A stretch of DNA of 64,000 bases from the NCBI RefSeq assembly GCF_009914755.1, contig NC_060947.1; one strand, given 5' to 3'. Of this stretch, positions 14,942-29,795 are shown piece by piece (within the stretch, counting starts at the first letter, position 1; every line of letters starts with the position of its first letter). The DNA comes from the human T2T-CHM13v2.0 reference genome, Homo sapiens. A model generated the notes under the pieces. That model was not told the origin of the DNA and searched no databases. It was given only the letters and a program-made list of their open reading frames with translations. The position numbers and the translations under genes are program-made.

Positions 14942-16256
14942 TGAATCACTGGTTTTCATTCCTCTAATTTTTGTCCAGTTGGGTCCACACATGGCCGTCA
15001 ACGTAATCTTTCCAGTAAGCTTACATCACTCTCAAAACTCCAAAATTTTTCAACTCTTAAAGGATGAAGTTCAAACTCCTGAGTTGGCGTGCAAACTCAT
15101 CAAAACTATAGGTTTAAAACTTTCCCAGTAGAAGGCAGCTATAATTACCACCACCCTGCAAAATGAACATTCAACTTCAGCAAAACTGGATTCCTTTTTG
15201 GCCAATAAATTGTGCCATGTCTACTGCTCCTTCCAAGCTCTCAGTTACGTCTTTCTACTAAACTAGTATTTTGTTGTTGTTCCCCCACAACATCTTAACA
15301 TCTAGCGGGTTGGCTGTGCAAATAGAGGCACTGATGAATGTTTGCTCAATAACAGTACATAAATAATATTAATGCAACCAAAGATTTCCTGACTATAACA
15401 GAAGTCATATGAAGCCAAATCTTAATTCCATTTCAAAATTGGATAGAGTTTAATCATATGGTTCTGAAGACATCAATGCATATTTAAGACATCAAGCCAT
15501 AGTTCACTGTATTATAAAAACATTTTGATTAAATTAGTTTCAGAAATTGCTCTCTGGCCAAGGAGCTATCTGCTTCACAATGGACCATGCAATAAATCTT
15601 AGACTACATGTGCTGACAGGTATAAGATGATTTATTGAAATGTAGGATGAGGAATTGTGAAGCATTACTAAGAAATACACACTTTCTTCCAATGTAACAT
15701 TATTTTACTTTACAAAAGTAATTTAGGAGGAAACTGTACTATCAAGATAATAGCAAACACTTCCCAAACATCTCTAATTCTACATATTAAAAATAATCCA
15801 AGAATGAAATCATTAGATCGTGCGGCTGGCTCTAGATCAGACAGATGACTTAATAATGATCCATCTCCCTATAACAAAGCTCACCTCTGTTAATAATCAG
15901 AGAATTTATACTATCTGTGACCTTCAATATTGCTTCAATCATGTGCTAGCCCTAGGATTTTTAATCTTTTATTTGATTTTTCTTTGCAATGTTATTCTAT
16001 TTTACATAATGATGACTAAAGAGATTGAGACTTCACTATAAATTGAGATTCTTAAAATAAAGCTGCTTCTGAATTCAAAACAACAAGAACAAAACCAAAC
16101 AAACAAAAAAAGAAACTGAGCCACATATGTAACTATCTCTTCATGATTAAAGTTGATTATAATGATCTCCTGAATTTTACCATTTAACTGGTTTTCTGAG
16201 AATTAACACTATTTACAGCTACAGTTTCCTCAATAGCCAAAAAAAAATCAAACCCT

Positions 16257-16440
16257 CTCTTCTCTTTTCTTTTCTTTCTGTTCTTTGAGACAGAGTCTCA
16301 CTCTGTCAGCCAGGCTGGAGTACAGTGGTGTGGTTACAGTTCACTGCAGCCTCCACCTCCCTGGCTCAAGTGATCCTTCCACCTCAGCCTCCTGAGTAGC
16401 TGGGACCACAGGTAGGTGCCACCATGCCTGGCTAATTTTT
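16257..16440 (-). mobile_element. Partial Alu (right arm only)
   Basis: Antisense right-arm sequence ending at GGCTAATTTTT. Confidence 0.88.
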
Positions 16441-16453
16441 GTGGAAGACACCT

Positions 16454-16743
16454 GGGCTCGGTGCGGTGTTTCACACCTGTAATCCTAGCCTAGGCGGGCA
16501 GATGGCTTGAGGTCAGGAGTTCAAGACCAGCCTGGCCAACATGGTGAAACCCCATCTCTACTAAAAATATAAAAGTTAGCTGGCTGTGGTTGCACATGCC
16601 TGTGATCCCAGCTACTCAGGAGGCTGAGGCACAAGAATCGCTTGAACCTTGGAGGCAGAGGTTGCAGTGAGCCAAGATTGTGCTACTGCACTCCAGACTG
16701 GGTGACACAGTGAGACTCCATCTCAAAAAAGAAAAAGAAAAAA
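16454..16743 (+). mobile_element. Alu (AluS-like)
   Basis: Dimeric Alu with a small left-arm deletion; GTGGAAGAC on both flanks. Confidence 0.92.
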
Positions 16744-19700
16744 GGATCGTGGAAGACTTCTGGATACTGCCTGCAGGCCTTTAGATAGTATATCCCAGGG
16801 CCTTTACAATGTTTCAAGATCTGGGAAATTTCCATATTCTTCCTAACACCAAGTACTTAACAAGGCTAAAGAATTCTGCCTGTGACTTTAATCTGTTTCC
16901 TGGGCTGTTAGTATTCCACACAAATAATTCTAGTTGTTACCTGCAGAACGTCCTGAGGTTCATAGTAAGAAGTTTGCGACTAAACTAGTTTAATTATAAA
17001 GCCTGATGCATTGCTTCAAAGTGAGAGTCAGTCTGTCTTTGATTGTCTGAGACCCAATATTTCATCCGTGGAGTCACAGATCACAAAGGTCTATTATTCC
17101 AATTTAGATGGTTCCATCTAAGTTGGATGTGCACTGTGCATAATGAGGATCTCATCCAAATAGTCAATTTGGTGAAAATTAAATCGACTAGTGCCAATGT
17201 TCTCTAGTAACACATACTGAGGTTCTCCCTGCCTCTTCTTACAGTTAGACAATTTAGGGCAGAAAAGACTCATGAATTCCCTTAAAAGGAAAGCATCCTT
17301 AGGACAAGACCCAGGTTGCTCTCCCTCCCCATTGGATTCAAAGCACCGAACACAGTATTTGCTGCATAGTAGTCTCAACAAATATTTGCTAAAGAAATGG
17401 GCAGGTAGATGGGTGAGTAGGTGGATAACGGTTCCTACAGAGTTTGAGAAAACAATTTGGCACTTTGGTTTCAAATCCTGGGAATGAATTGAGAGTGCAG
17501 AGTGCTCTCAAATTTCAGAGCTATGCGGGTGCTGCCTGGGAGTTGAAAGTTTTTCCAGTTCTCTTGAATGGGCACTCAGGTTCTCTTGAGATCTGTCTGG
17601 AAGAGTCCAGTTACTTGTCATACTGACATTCTACGGAAGGTACCAAATGCAATAGGTCTAAGCTATCTCCTTCTCTGCTAAAAAACACAATTCTCTCCCA
17701 TACATGAGCCGAAAAGAAAGGCCTCACTCTCAGGGCTACCTCTACTCTTTGCCTGGAAAGATGCTGTCACATGTTAGCAGGTGAAATTAGCAGACACTTA
17801 CTTATTTTTGGATTACAGGTAAACAGAAATCACCAGTTCAGGTGCCAGTAATAGGTCCCCCTGCCCTCCCACCACCCCCCAGTAAATCACAGCTGGTGAC
17901 TACAACTTCTCCATATCTGAAATCACTAACTTTAAAATGAATATCTGAATAAAATATTATTCAATGTACTCCGAGGCAGGCTTTGTGCACACCATCTCTT
18001 TTGATATTACATATAATTGATATATCATATATCAATTACATATATCAAGACTGAAAAACACAAGGCTGTTGATTGACAAGCATTTTCTTTCCTCCAGTAC
18101 TGAAGTACGATAGAGGTTTTTTAAATGAAAACTCTACTAAAGTAGTTTCCAGTTCTTTGCACTTTGTAGTAGAGAAAAAGTATTTCCTAACACATAAGGC
18201 TGGAATTGTAGTTTAGCATCCATTTCAAGCAGCTCTCTAGAAATGTAAAAAGGAAATTGCAAAAATGAGTTCAAATCACAAAATATAAAAATCCCAAGTG
18301 TGAATTTTCTGAACAACAATGTGCAATTAAGAAACAAATAGAGGAAGGGTGGGAGGGTGGGGGCTTCAAGGGATAAGCACCTTACGCTGAAGTCTTTGGG
18401 GACCCCCATTGCTAGGCATCTCCACTGGATTTTCCAGGACTCTGGTTCATTTATTTCTAGACAGCTATTTTACCATACTTAAGAGTCAAATGATGGGAGT
18501 TTTACCCCCATTAACGGAACTTAGTGTGGACAGCGTTCTAATGGCATAGAATGGAATTTGGCAAAATCAACGGCCATTTAAAATGGTTAACAAACCTGGA
18601 TAATATCAATTAAATCATTCATAGAATTTTAACCTAAATTAAACATTACCAATGTACATATAAGAAGCATGTTAAAACAAAACAAAACATCCCTCAACTC
18701 TATACATCACAAGTATTAATGTGTTTCGCAGACTTTTTAAGGCTGGGATGAATCCAACTTGACCATGTGTAGGCTGTCTTTGGCAATCATATGATTTTCC
18801 AAAACAATTATAAAAATAAAAGAAACATTTGCTCATTGCTACTAGTGTATATAGTGTCTCCATAGGGTAATTTGTGTTGCTGGACTAAATGCTCTGAACC
18901 TTTAAAAAAAACTTATAGTTCACGACTTAGCAAGGTCTGCCAGTTGTAAGAAATGTGGAAGTCATAATGAGGACTGGAAGGGGAACTTAAGACCCAATTA
19001 ATGTGGTAATTAACGTCAGAAATAGTGTCTAAACAAAAAGGTGAAGAAAAAAGGGGTGGACTTGAACCTTTACTGTTCTAAATACTTTCTTTTTTTATTA
19101 TCATTTTACATGTTTAGAATGAAAAGCAAAATGTAAAAAATGACCATAGATTTAATATACTAGCCAGATTTACTGGGTAGTAACTTACTAATGACAAAGG
19201 TATCTTTGTGCTAATCTTAGTGTCTTCCCATCCCTGACTAGGATCAATAAATGTTTGCTGAATTGAATTGGAGTACACACTGACATTAGGTTGGCAGGAG
19301 TAACGGAACATTACAAAGATATGGCAATCAGGTCACATTAGAAGGCAACATCATAATTATATTTGAGTTTACTTTTATTTTGGATGAAAAAAAGAATTTC
19401 TAATGCAATTCCATTCCAGTTCATTATGTGGAAGTCTTAATTCAATGACTACATACCAAACACATAATAATTCTTCCTCATGACACATTCCCTGGTATAT
19501 AAGTGCTCACAATAATATCCACGTAACAAGGGCTACATACACTGAACCAATTTGAAGTGTGTTAGGTATAGGTCAGCTTTGAAAGATCAAATATTGACCA
19601 TGAGATAAATCTCAACACCCTTGACAATATTCAACTTTGGAACAATAATTTTCACAGCCACACAAGTACAGCACTGGGAATGTACTCAGGCTCTCCTATC

Positions 19701-20083
19701 AACGATGGTCCTATCATTCTCCTTAAGTTACTCTTGGGTTTATCTGATTCCAAAACACTTGGTCATTCTCCTATTCCTGCTAGAAAGGTGGGCTACAGTG
19801 AGGTAACAACTCATTTGTTTAGAGCTGGATAAAGTGGCTTCTTTTTCCACAGTCCTCCTTGTTTGGCAGTAGAAATAATAGTAGGAGTCATAATAGTAAC
19901 AATGAGAATAGCAGCAGTTTAGTAGTAGCAGCAGCTGTAGTAGTAGCAGTAACAATAGCAGCTACCATTTATTGAACACATACTACATGCCCAGTATTCT
20001 GCATATTCTATCTCTAGTCCTCTTAATAATGTGATAAGGAATGTATGATTACCCTGATTTCTAGTGATGGAGAGATGAACTCA

Positions 20084-20628
<545 letters not shown>

Positions 20629-21415
20629 TCAAAGCCTGTTCTCCCCACACACCATTTGACTTCTGGAGCAAATTTATGTCTTGCTTCTTATGGCATCGTT
20701 CTTTAAAAAGTCAACTCATTTCATTCATTTTTTTTTTCATCCCTTGTAACATCTCCAGAAAATGCCTGTTATGATTGTTGCACTGGTTTAACAGATTGAG
20801 ATGCCAAAGACTTAGTGCATCAAAGGGAAAGTTGGGATTTCCCAGGTTACACTTAAGGGAGAAAAAAAAAAGTGAAATGTGTTATCTAAGTGATACTGGT
20901 TAGAACCAAAGAGATTTGAAATCTTAGTAAACACTAAATGCACAATGTGGAAGGCCTCTTTTGAGGAGGGGAAAAAAAAGCATGCTTGGAATTTCTTACC
21001 AGGACTTAATTAAAATACCTTAATTTGGGAAATGTTTTTCTACAATGAATTGAAATCCTTACCAGAAGGCTTTTCAGAAGAAGGGAAATATTGCTACATT
21101 TTAATATATAGCTCACTCTAAATAAAACCAGCTCTGAGTCATTGACCTAATTTAGTTTCACAAACAGTATTAGGACTGCATCTAATTTAACAGTAGAAAT
21201 ATATACAGTATTCCATGTCAGCATCCCTTTAATACCACAAGGTTCTCCCAAACTCTTATTATGGGATAATTCTTATCTAGCTCTCTACCAATTATAGGGA
21301 GATTTATAGCCTGGCGAAAGTTTTGATTCAAATTTGTAAGGAAAGGCTAATAGATGAGCTCAGATCAGGTGAAAATGTTGCTGTCCTATATAGTAGAAAT
21401 GCAACATAATTATGA

Positions 21416-21792
<377 letters not shown>

Positions 21793-23532
21793 TAAGTTTT
21801 AAATTACATGTGTACACCTTGAGTTACTTCAGAATTTCAACAAGAAAAAATACCTGGATAGAAGTGTTTTTGTAAAACCCAAAGTAAAGAACATTACGGG
21901 AAATTTCGGCCTTTCTTTCGTTAAGTGTGGGATCTTGAACCCAGATGAACGAGACTTTCAACATATTGAAGGTTATCATGATCCAGGATGACAAACTCTG
22001 AAGGTATTTTTGGGAGCCTGTGTCTTTTGTCCTGCCTAATTGACATAAGAAGATAAAACATTGTTCTTCACCCTTTTCCCACTCTACAATCATACTTTCC
22101 TTTAGCACATCCAGTAACCCCTTTGCCTGCAAAAAGGATGAAAGAAAAAATTGTACCAATACTCAGGTCAGAAAATTAAAAGGGAGGGAAACATTCCTGG
22201 TAAACACCTTCAAAATGGTTTGTTTGCTTGTGGTATGATGATTGCTTCTGAATGAAGGAGAAGGAGAAGGAGCAGGAGGAGGAGGAGGAGGCGGAAACAT
22301 ACCTATTTGAAAGCCCAATAACAAGCTGGTGGTTTGTTTTATTGCTTTTTTAACACTTTTATTTATCAGTTCATAGTAGTCATGATTCTCTTGCTTATTT
22401 TATCTTCGTTTTTTTTCTCCTTTAGCTCTATGCAGCAGTGTTGGCTGCTGCAGTAGATGAATAATAGATTTGAATAAGCTACAAGACATAGTTTAGATTT
22501 TCACTGCTTTTTTTTTTAGGATATTGCCAATGTATTTTAAATGGAACTCTTACACAATAGAACATCCTACAGGGATTTCCTATGGTAGTTTAAGACTTTA
22601 CAAGACAAATGGCTGGGCCCCATGAGGTTGCCTCCTTCATCCTGCCATGGGCATTTTGGGCATGCCTGAAATGTTCTAGCATTACACTCTCTGATTGTTG
22701 CCTTTTACTGCATGGAGTTTATTATTTAGAAAAAAAAGTTTTTAATATTTTAAGGTAAAAATTATTTCCTGTGCAACAACAGCAAAAACACACACAAACA
22801 ATATTTAGAAGCTGTAAAATGAAGAACAGTTGATTCAATTTTGAAAGAACGAAAGATGTTCTGAAATGCTTTGGTTTGGTTCCATGAAAATTCTTTGAAT
22901 TTCAGCCATTTATAAATCATCGTTCAATAAGTCGCTGGCATTTAATGACCACATGATAGATTTATATATTTTTATATATCTTCTTTATAGCTGTTTTCTC
23001 AATGATACTGTGAAACAAACAAACCTATTTTTATAGCACTTTTTTTTTATGCCTGTTGCCTGTCCTATAAAGACAATCTCAAGTGCAGAACTTCCCTGGA
23101 TAAAGATCAGTTCAATCTTCAGCAGTTGTCTTATCACCTAACACTCCCTGTCAGAAGAAACCCTTGGTATTAACTCATATCACTCATCTTCTAGAACACT
23201 CCTTGGGAACACTTTATTTCATAAAATCCCTTAGGGCTATATAACTCTCAACAGTACTAGAAAATGACTCCCCACTGAGACTCAAGAATCAAGGATTAAG
23301 CCAGTAGTGAAGTTTTACTAGGGTGGAGTGAGCAAACTTAGGTGTTGCTGTCCTCACATATGTGCGAGAGATAAAATCATCCTCCAGTATGTTCCTCCCT
23401 CTTGCATTTCTCCTAATCATAGACACTTCCTTGAAGAAGACAGAACATGCAGCCTAGGCTATGTTATGCCAAAGGGTAGAATAATAGTAATGGTACTACA
23501 GGGAATAATTTGTCATCATTGAAAGTTTTGGG

Positions 23533-23812
23533 GGCCAGGTGCAGTGGTTCACGCCTATAATCCCAGCACTTTGGGAGGTTGAAGTGGGAAGATCGCTTGA
23601 GCCCAGAAGTTTGAGATCAGCCCAGGCAAGACGGCAAAAACCCCATCTCTACAAAAAAATACAAAAATCAGCTGGGCATGGTGGCACATGCCTGTAGTTC
23701 CAGCTACTCTGGAGGCTGAGCCGGGGAGGTCGAGGCTGCAGTGAGCCATGATTGCACTACTGCACTCTAGCCTGGGAGACAGAGCAAGATGTTGTCTCAA
23801 AAAAGAAAGAAG
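23533..23812 (+). mobile_element. Alu (AluJ-like) with a small right-arm deletion
   Basis: Alu consensus match. Confidence 0.93.
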
Positions 23813-23814
23813 GA

Positions 23815-24118
<304 letters not shown>

Positions 24119-25930
24119 GGAAGGAAAGAAGGGAGGGTAAAGAAAGGAAGAGAAAGAAAGAAGGAAGGAAAGAGAAAAGAAAAGAAAAAAAGAAAAGAAA
24201 AAAGAAAAGAAAAGAAAAGAAAAAACTAATGAACAAACCAGGCATTCTACTCAATCCTTTAAAGCACAATCTCATATATTCTCAAATAAGCCATGAAAAG
24301 CAGTCATTGCTGAACCCACTTTATAATTTGGGAACTCAAATTTAAAGATGTTCAGAAACCTCCCCAGAGTCAAGCTTATCTGAGGCAGAGAGAAAATTCA
24401 AATTAAGGTTGGTAGGACCGCAAATCACCTCTAACCAAGTATGATTAAGGAAACCTTAATAATGCCAGGAGGATTACTGCAGAAAGCTTCAGAGAAAAAC
24501 AGTTCACTGCAACCACATTTGCCAGTACCTTCTAAAAGTTGTAAGGCCATGATCACACATACCATAGAACTAGGCAAAAAGAGAAAAAATAGCATGACTT
24601 AAGTGTACAATTATGAAAATGAACTGTTGTTATTATGCATATTTTAATTAGTATGGGAAGCCCTCATAAATTATGATCACTATTATTTATGTGGCCAAAT
24701 TGATTACTGGATTATTTTAATCTACCACTGTGTGTTCCATGTCCCCTCTCAAAGCTCCCTCTCCATGAGGCTCCTCTCCATGCAGTTATTATCTCTATGA
24801 TACCCCTCTCTATGATGTTATTCTCTATGATTTCCCTCTATGGTGCCCTCTCTATAAGGCCCCTTTCAATAACTTCAGTTCAATGATGGCATCATACAGA
24901 GGGATGTCAATTTGTGAAAAACAAATTGATTTTGTTTTTCCATCTCTAGTGTTTATCCCCTCAGGGAAATCATTGATTGAACACCATTTTATAATCGTAA
25001 ATAAGACAGTTTTGTTTTTTCAGGACATGAAGCACTTTTATTGAATGTGTTATTTAGATAAAAAAGGGAAGAGGTAGAGTGACTTTCTCTGAAAAACATA
25101 GATACGAAGTAATTGCCAAATAGAGATAAATTAATCTCCAAGGAAAATGACCAGATCCAGTGGCTTTTTAACATTTCAGGAACCCTATTTTTATGAGTGT
25201 ACTTTGGAAGAAAGGCTATACAAACAGTGAAAAATACCCAAAGTTTCATAAGTACCAAACACATAACTCTCCACATTAATTGTGATGGCTTTCTTTCCAC
25301 TTCTTCAGCCTTAGTCCATGCTGTTTCCCAAGGACTCGTAGGAAGCATCTCTAGCTATTAGATATAATTCATATTCAAATTTACTCAGATGTATTCAAAA
25401 GAAATCTGAGATAAAGTATCTCCCCATGAGTCATCAGCACAGTAAGGAAGAATTAAGAGATTTTCAACTGATTCCTTTACTGGGTGAAAAGAAAATCAGA
25501 TCTCCATTTTTCTTAGCTGATTTTTTTTTCTTGCTTGCTTTGGTGGTCTGATCACGCTGTCTCATTTTCTGACTTTCTAGCTGAAAAAATTTCTTGGATA
25601 GGAATATTATTGTCTGGGTTATTACTTTAGTAAAACACATATACTGTGATTATTACTTTAAATTTGGTAAATACCATCAAAATGCAGACCTCTCATAAAG
25701 ACACAGATAATGAAAATTTCTGCGCTCTAGACTATGAGTACCTATGCTAAGATATTTGCCTTAACTTACATAAAGATAATTATTATTTAACCTCTACAGA
25801 AGTTGGGTATGTTATAGACACTGCTTCAAACAGGAAAACTGCATCTAGTAGAAGGAAGATCACTTGTTGAAGGTTAGTCTATCTGTGGCCTAGCATATGG
25901 GTTTCTACTAACCAACTGTGAGATCTAAAC

Positions 25931-26335
25931 CAGAGGTTGGCAAACTATGGCCCATGGGCCAAATCCGGCCAGTCACCTATTTTTATAGAGCTTCATTGGC
26001 AGCCTGCCACATCCATTTGTTTCTGAATTGCCTATGGCTGCTTTTGAGCAGTTCCCACAGAAACCATATGGCCTGCAATGCCAGAAAGATTTAGTAGCTA
26101 GTCCTTTACGGTGTTTGCTGACTTCTGCCTTTATGAATTAATCTGACCCTCAGTTTACTCATTGTAACTGAGGAATTGGAAAAGAATAAACTTTTTCCAC
26201 CAAGTTTGCACATTAGAATCACTTGGGGTAGTTTTGGGGAAACCCCAATGCCTGAGCTGCACCCCAGAAGATCTTGTCCCATTGGGCTGGGCTTCTGCCC
26301 AAGGTAATCCCTGTGCAGCCAGGTTGAGAACCACT
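25931..26335. mobile_element. MER58A-like relic followed by MER5A-like relic
   Basis: CAGAGGTTGGCAAACTATGGCCCATGGGCCAAATCCGGCC; ...CACATTAGAATCACTTGGG...GGTTGAGAACCACTG. Confidence 0.7.
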
Positions 26336-27213
26336 GGACTAGATATGCGTGATGGCCCTTCGAGCTCAGCGCTTTCATGACATGAACTTCTTGTGAAATA
26401 AGTAGTACCTTCCAGCAGGAACAAATGCTTGGAAATTATGACTGAATAAATTCAGCCTCAGCAATGAAGACTCACATCTGATTTATGCTATTCCAAGTCT
26501 CTGACTTGAGGAGTTTAGAATCCACAGTTTTGCAAGGATAAAGACGCAATGCTATATAAATATAAATGGTTCCTTTGGAAGACCAACTTAAAATAGACTA
26601 ACAGATTTAATGAGTTAACTTTTGATCTATGGAAATAATTCACTTTTAATAATATCACAATTAAAACTATTATACATCAAATATAAGCCATTTGGGCGAA
26701 AGTCTCAGCTGCCAGCCTGTTCTCTGCAGACTCCCCACTTGGAGGAAAGCCTCAGGCTCTCCTGTCTCTGACACAGACGGCTACACCTGGAAGGTAGTCC
26801 TGAAAATAAGCTGCAAACACTAGGAAATCTAGGGGATAGCAGATAATATCAAATACACCTAAATCATGTTTTGGGAAGGGATTAAAGAATATTTCATAAG
26901 CCTTTGGAGGTTTAAATACTGTTGAAACAGCCTGAAGGCTGGCATGTGCGGGCCCAGACTGCTCAGAGTTGGGCTGGGGGCATGGGTGAGAGAAGCCCGC
27001 TGTGCAAAGAACTCTGGGGCTGCTTCCAGGCTGCCAGGCTGCCAGGCTGCCACTCAGGGCATCTGCAGATGGCGGGAGGGGAGTTCTGCAATGTCTCAGC
27101 TCTCTACATCTCAAAGTAGATTTGGTTTAGGGGTCACACAAACAAGTAAATGTCTGTAAGAGTAAAACTGAGCATTTCTCTTATGTCATTAACAAAGATG
27201 CTTTGCTTCGACT

Positions 27214-27350
27214 CAGGGTATCTCCGCTTTGGCACCAATGACATTTGGGGCTGGATGACTATCTGTCTGGGGGGCTGTTCTGTGCATTCAGGATGTTTAG
27301 CAGCATCCGTGGCCTTGACCCATTGTGCGCCAGTGGCAGCCCCTTCCTCT
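27214..27350. mobile_element. MER20-like relic
   Basis: GGCACCAATGACATTTGGGGCTGGAT...GGGGGCTGTTCTGTGCATT..GGATGTTTAGCAGCATCC. Confidence 0.7.
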
Positions 27351-27491
27351 CCCAAGTTTCGAAAACTAAGCAATTGTATATTGCTAAGTTTACCCTATGG
27401 TCCTCATGATACCTTACCATCCTGTCTCAAAGTGGAATTAAACTCTATTCTGAGGCAATAGGGAAGAAAATACACACACACAAAATATATA

Positions 27492-27823
27492 CAGTCGTCC
27501 CGAGGTACCTGTAGGGGATTCGTTCCAGGACCCCTATGAATACCAAAATCCACAGATGCTCAGGTCCCTTATATAAAATGGCATAGTATTTGCATATAAC
27601 CTATGTATATCCTCCCATATACTTTATCTCTAGATTAATTATAATACCTAATACAATGTAAAAGCTTAGTAAATAGTTGTTACATTGTATTGTTTAGAGA
27701 TTTTTTAAAAGTCTATACATGTTCAGTACAAACAAATGTAACCATTTATTGTTTTTGAATATTTTCAGTCCTCGGGTGGTAGAATACACAGATGTGAAAT
27801 CCACAGATACGGAGGGCCGATTG
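27492..27823. mobile_element. MER2, opposite orientation to the copy at 265
   Basis: TA|CAGTCGTCC...GGAGGGCCGATTG|TA termini with TA target site; TATTTGCATATAACCT core. Confidence 0.85.
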
Positions 27824-28300
27824 TATATGTACATGGTATTATTTTATCCTATCCTTTGTGAATCACAAATATTTGATCACTGCTGCCTGAATTAAAGTTT
27901 TAAAAATTCAAATGGTCTCTTTATAAGACTTTCTTGAAAGAAATCATTGAGAAGAAACTTGTAGATTCAGAAAGGTGTGCAGAGACCTGAAAGGCATTAT
28001 TTTGCTTGACTATGTATTTAAAATTTGAAAGAATGGCTGGTGGGCTAGGATTTTCCTTTTTTTTTAATCTGATGGGCAACTTCTACCTACACAATACAGA
28101 CTGTAATCTAATTAAATCATTACAGCCTTTTTCAACTGGTTTCAACAACTATTTACTACTGATAAAATACCTTGTAGCTTTTCAGAATGCTCTTATTGTT
28201 GAAAAATGAGTAATCAGATATAAAAGAACACAAAATACAGCCACTGGGCTTGAGAAATTGAAACACTATTGGGGAGGGAAGACTTATGCCCAAAGTAGGT

Positions 28301-28644
28301 TTATTTTTACATTTTTAACGTTTTAGAGACAGGGTCTTTCTCTGTCATTCAGGCTGGAGTGTAGTGGTGTGATCACGGCTCACTGTAGCCTCCAACTCTG
28401 GGCTCAAGCAATCCTCCTGCTTCAGCTTCCAGAGTAACTGGGACCATAGGCGTGTGCCATCATGCCTGGAATTTTTTTTTATTTTTATTTTTTTGTAGAG
28501 ACAAGGTTTCACTATGTTGCCCAGGCTGGTGTTGAACTCCTGGGCTCAAGCGATTCTCCTGCCTCAGCCTCCCAAAGTTCTGGGATTACAAACGTAAGCC
28601 ACTGTACATGGTATTACTTTATCCTATCCTTTGTGAATCCGGCC
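28301..28644 (-). mobile_element. Alu (AluJ-like) with a non-Alu insert near its 5' end
   Basis: Antisense Alu. The terminal ...AGCCACTG / CCGGCC is split by an insert. CCCAAAG on both flanks. Confidence 0.92.
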
Positions 28645-28878
28645 CAAAGAATATGAAATAATACACAAACAGCATGCAATTATGAAGGAGTGGTAAAAAA
28701 AAAAAAAATAGGGAATGTCGGAGATCAGATAATTTTATTAAAAGTTAAATTAGAGTAGTCCTCCATGAGATTTGAGTTGATCCTTTAAGAATAATCAAGA
28801 GTTGGTAGAGGAAGAGCTGGAAGGACTGAGGATTCACTTACATAAACTGTATTGTTTGACTTTGTATAAGAACATATA

Positions 28879-29195
28879 CAGTCATTCCTCAATATCTACA
28901 GGGGATTGGTTTCAAGACCCTCCTACAGATACCAAAAATCCATGGATGCTCAACTCTCTGATATAAAATGGTATAATATTTGCATATAACCTACCCATAT
29001 CCTGCAATACTTTAAATCATCTCTAGGTTACTTATAATAATACAATAATTATTAATAATTAATAATACAATAAATAGTCGTTATACTTTTTTATTTGTGT
29101 TTTTATCTTTTTTAATTGTTTTTTTTTCAAATATTTTTGATTTACGATTGGTTGAATCCTCAGATGCAGAACCCACAAATATGGAGGGCCAACTG
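28879..29195. mobile_element. MER2, same orientation as the 27492 copy
   Basis: TA|CAGTCATTCCTC...GGAGGGCCAACTG; same core motif. Confidence 0.85.
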
Positions 29196-29499
29196 CATTG
29201 TCCATATAACTACAGAAAAGGCTTAAAATTTAGAATAACGGGGTAAAGATAGAGGCATTCAAGGAATAACAATAGTGATGGAAAGAGGAACCACTATCCT
29301 TTGTCCAGGGCTTCCTAGGGGACAAGCATTATGGAGTTATTACTGAATTATTACCTCTGTTTTACTGATGAGGAATTGAGGCTTGAAAAGTTAGTTTTGT
29401 TTTTTTTCCCTTAAGTTCGCACAATTCTAAAATGGCAACGCCAGGACACAAGTTGAAATCAGACTCTAAACCTGTCTCAGATCTGCTGAATCTTATAAA

Positions 29500-29795
<296 letters not shown>

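Noticed and set aside
27492-29195. Two similar ~320-bp direct copies resembling a composite transposon or duplication
   Set aside because: Both are separately diverged MER2 insertions and their flanks are unrelated.
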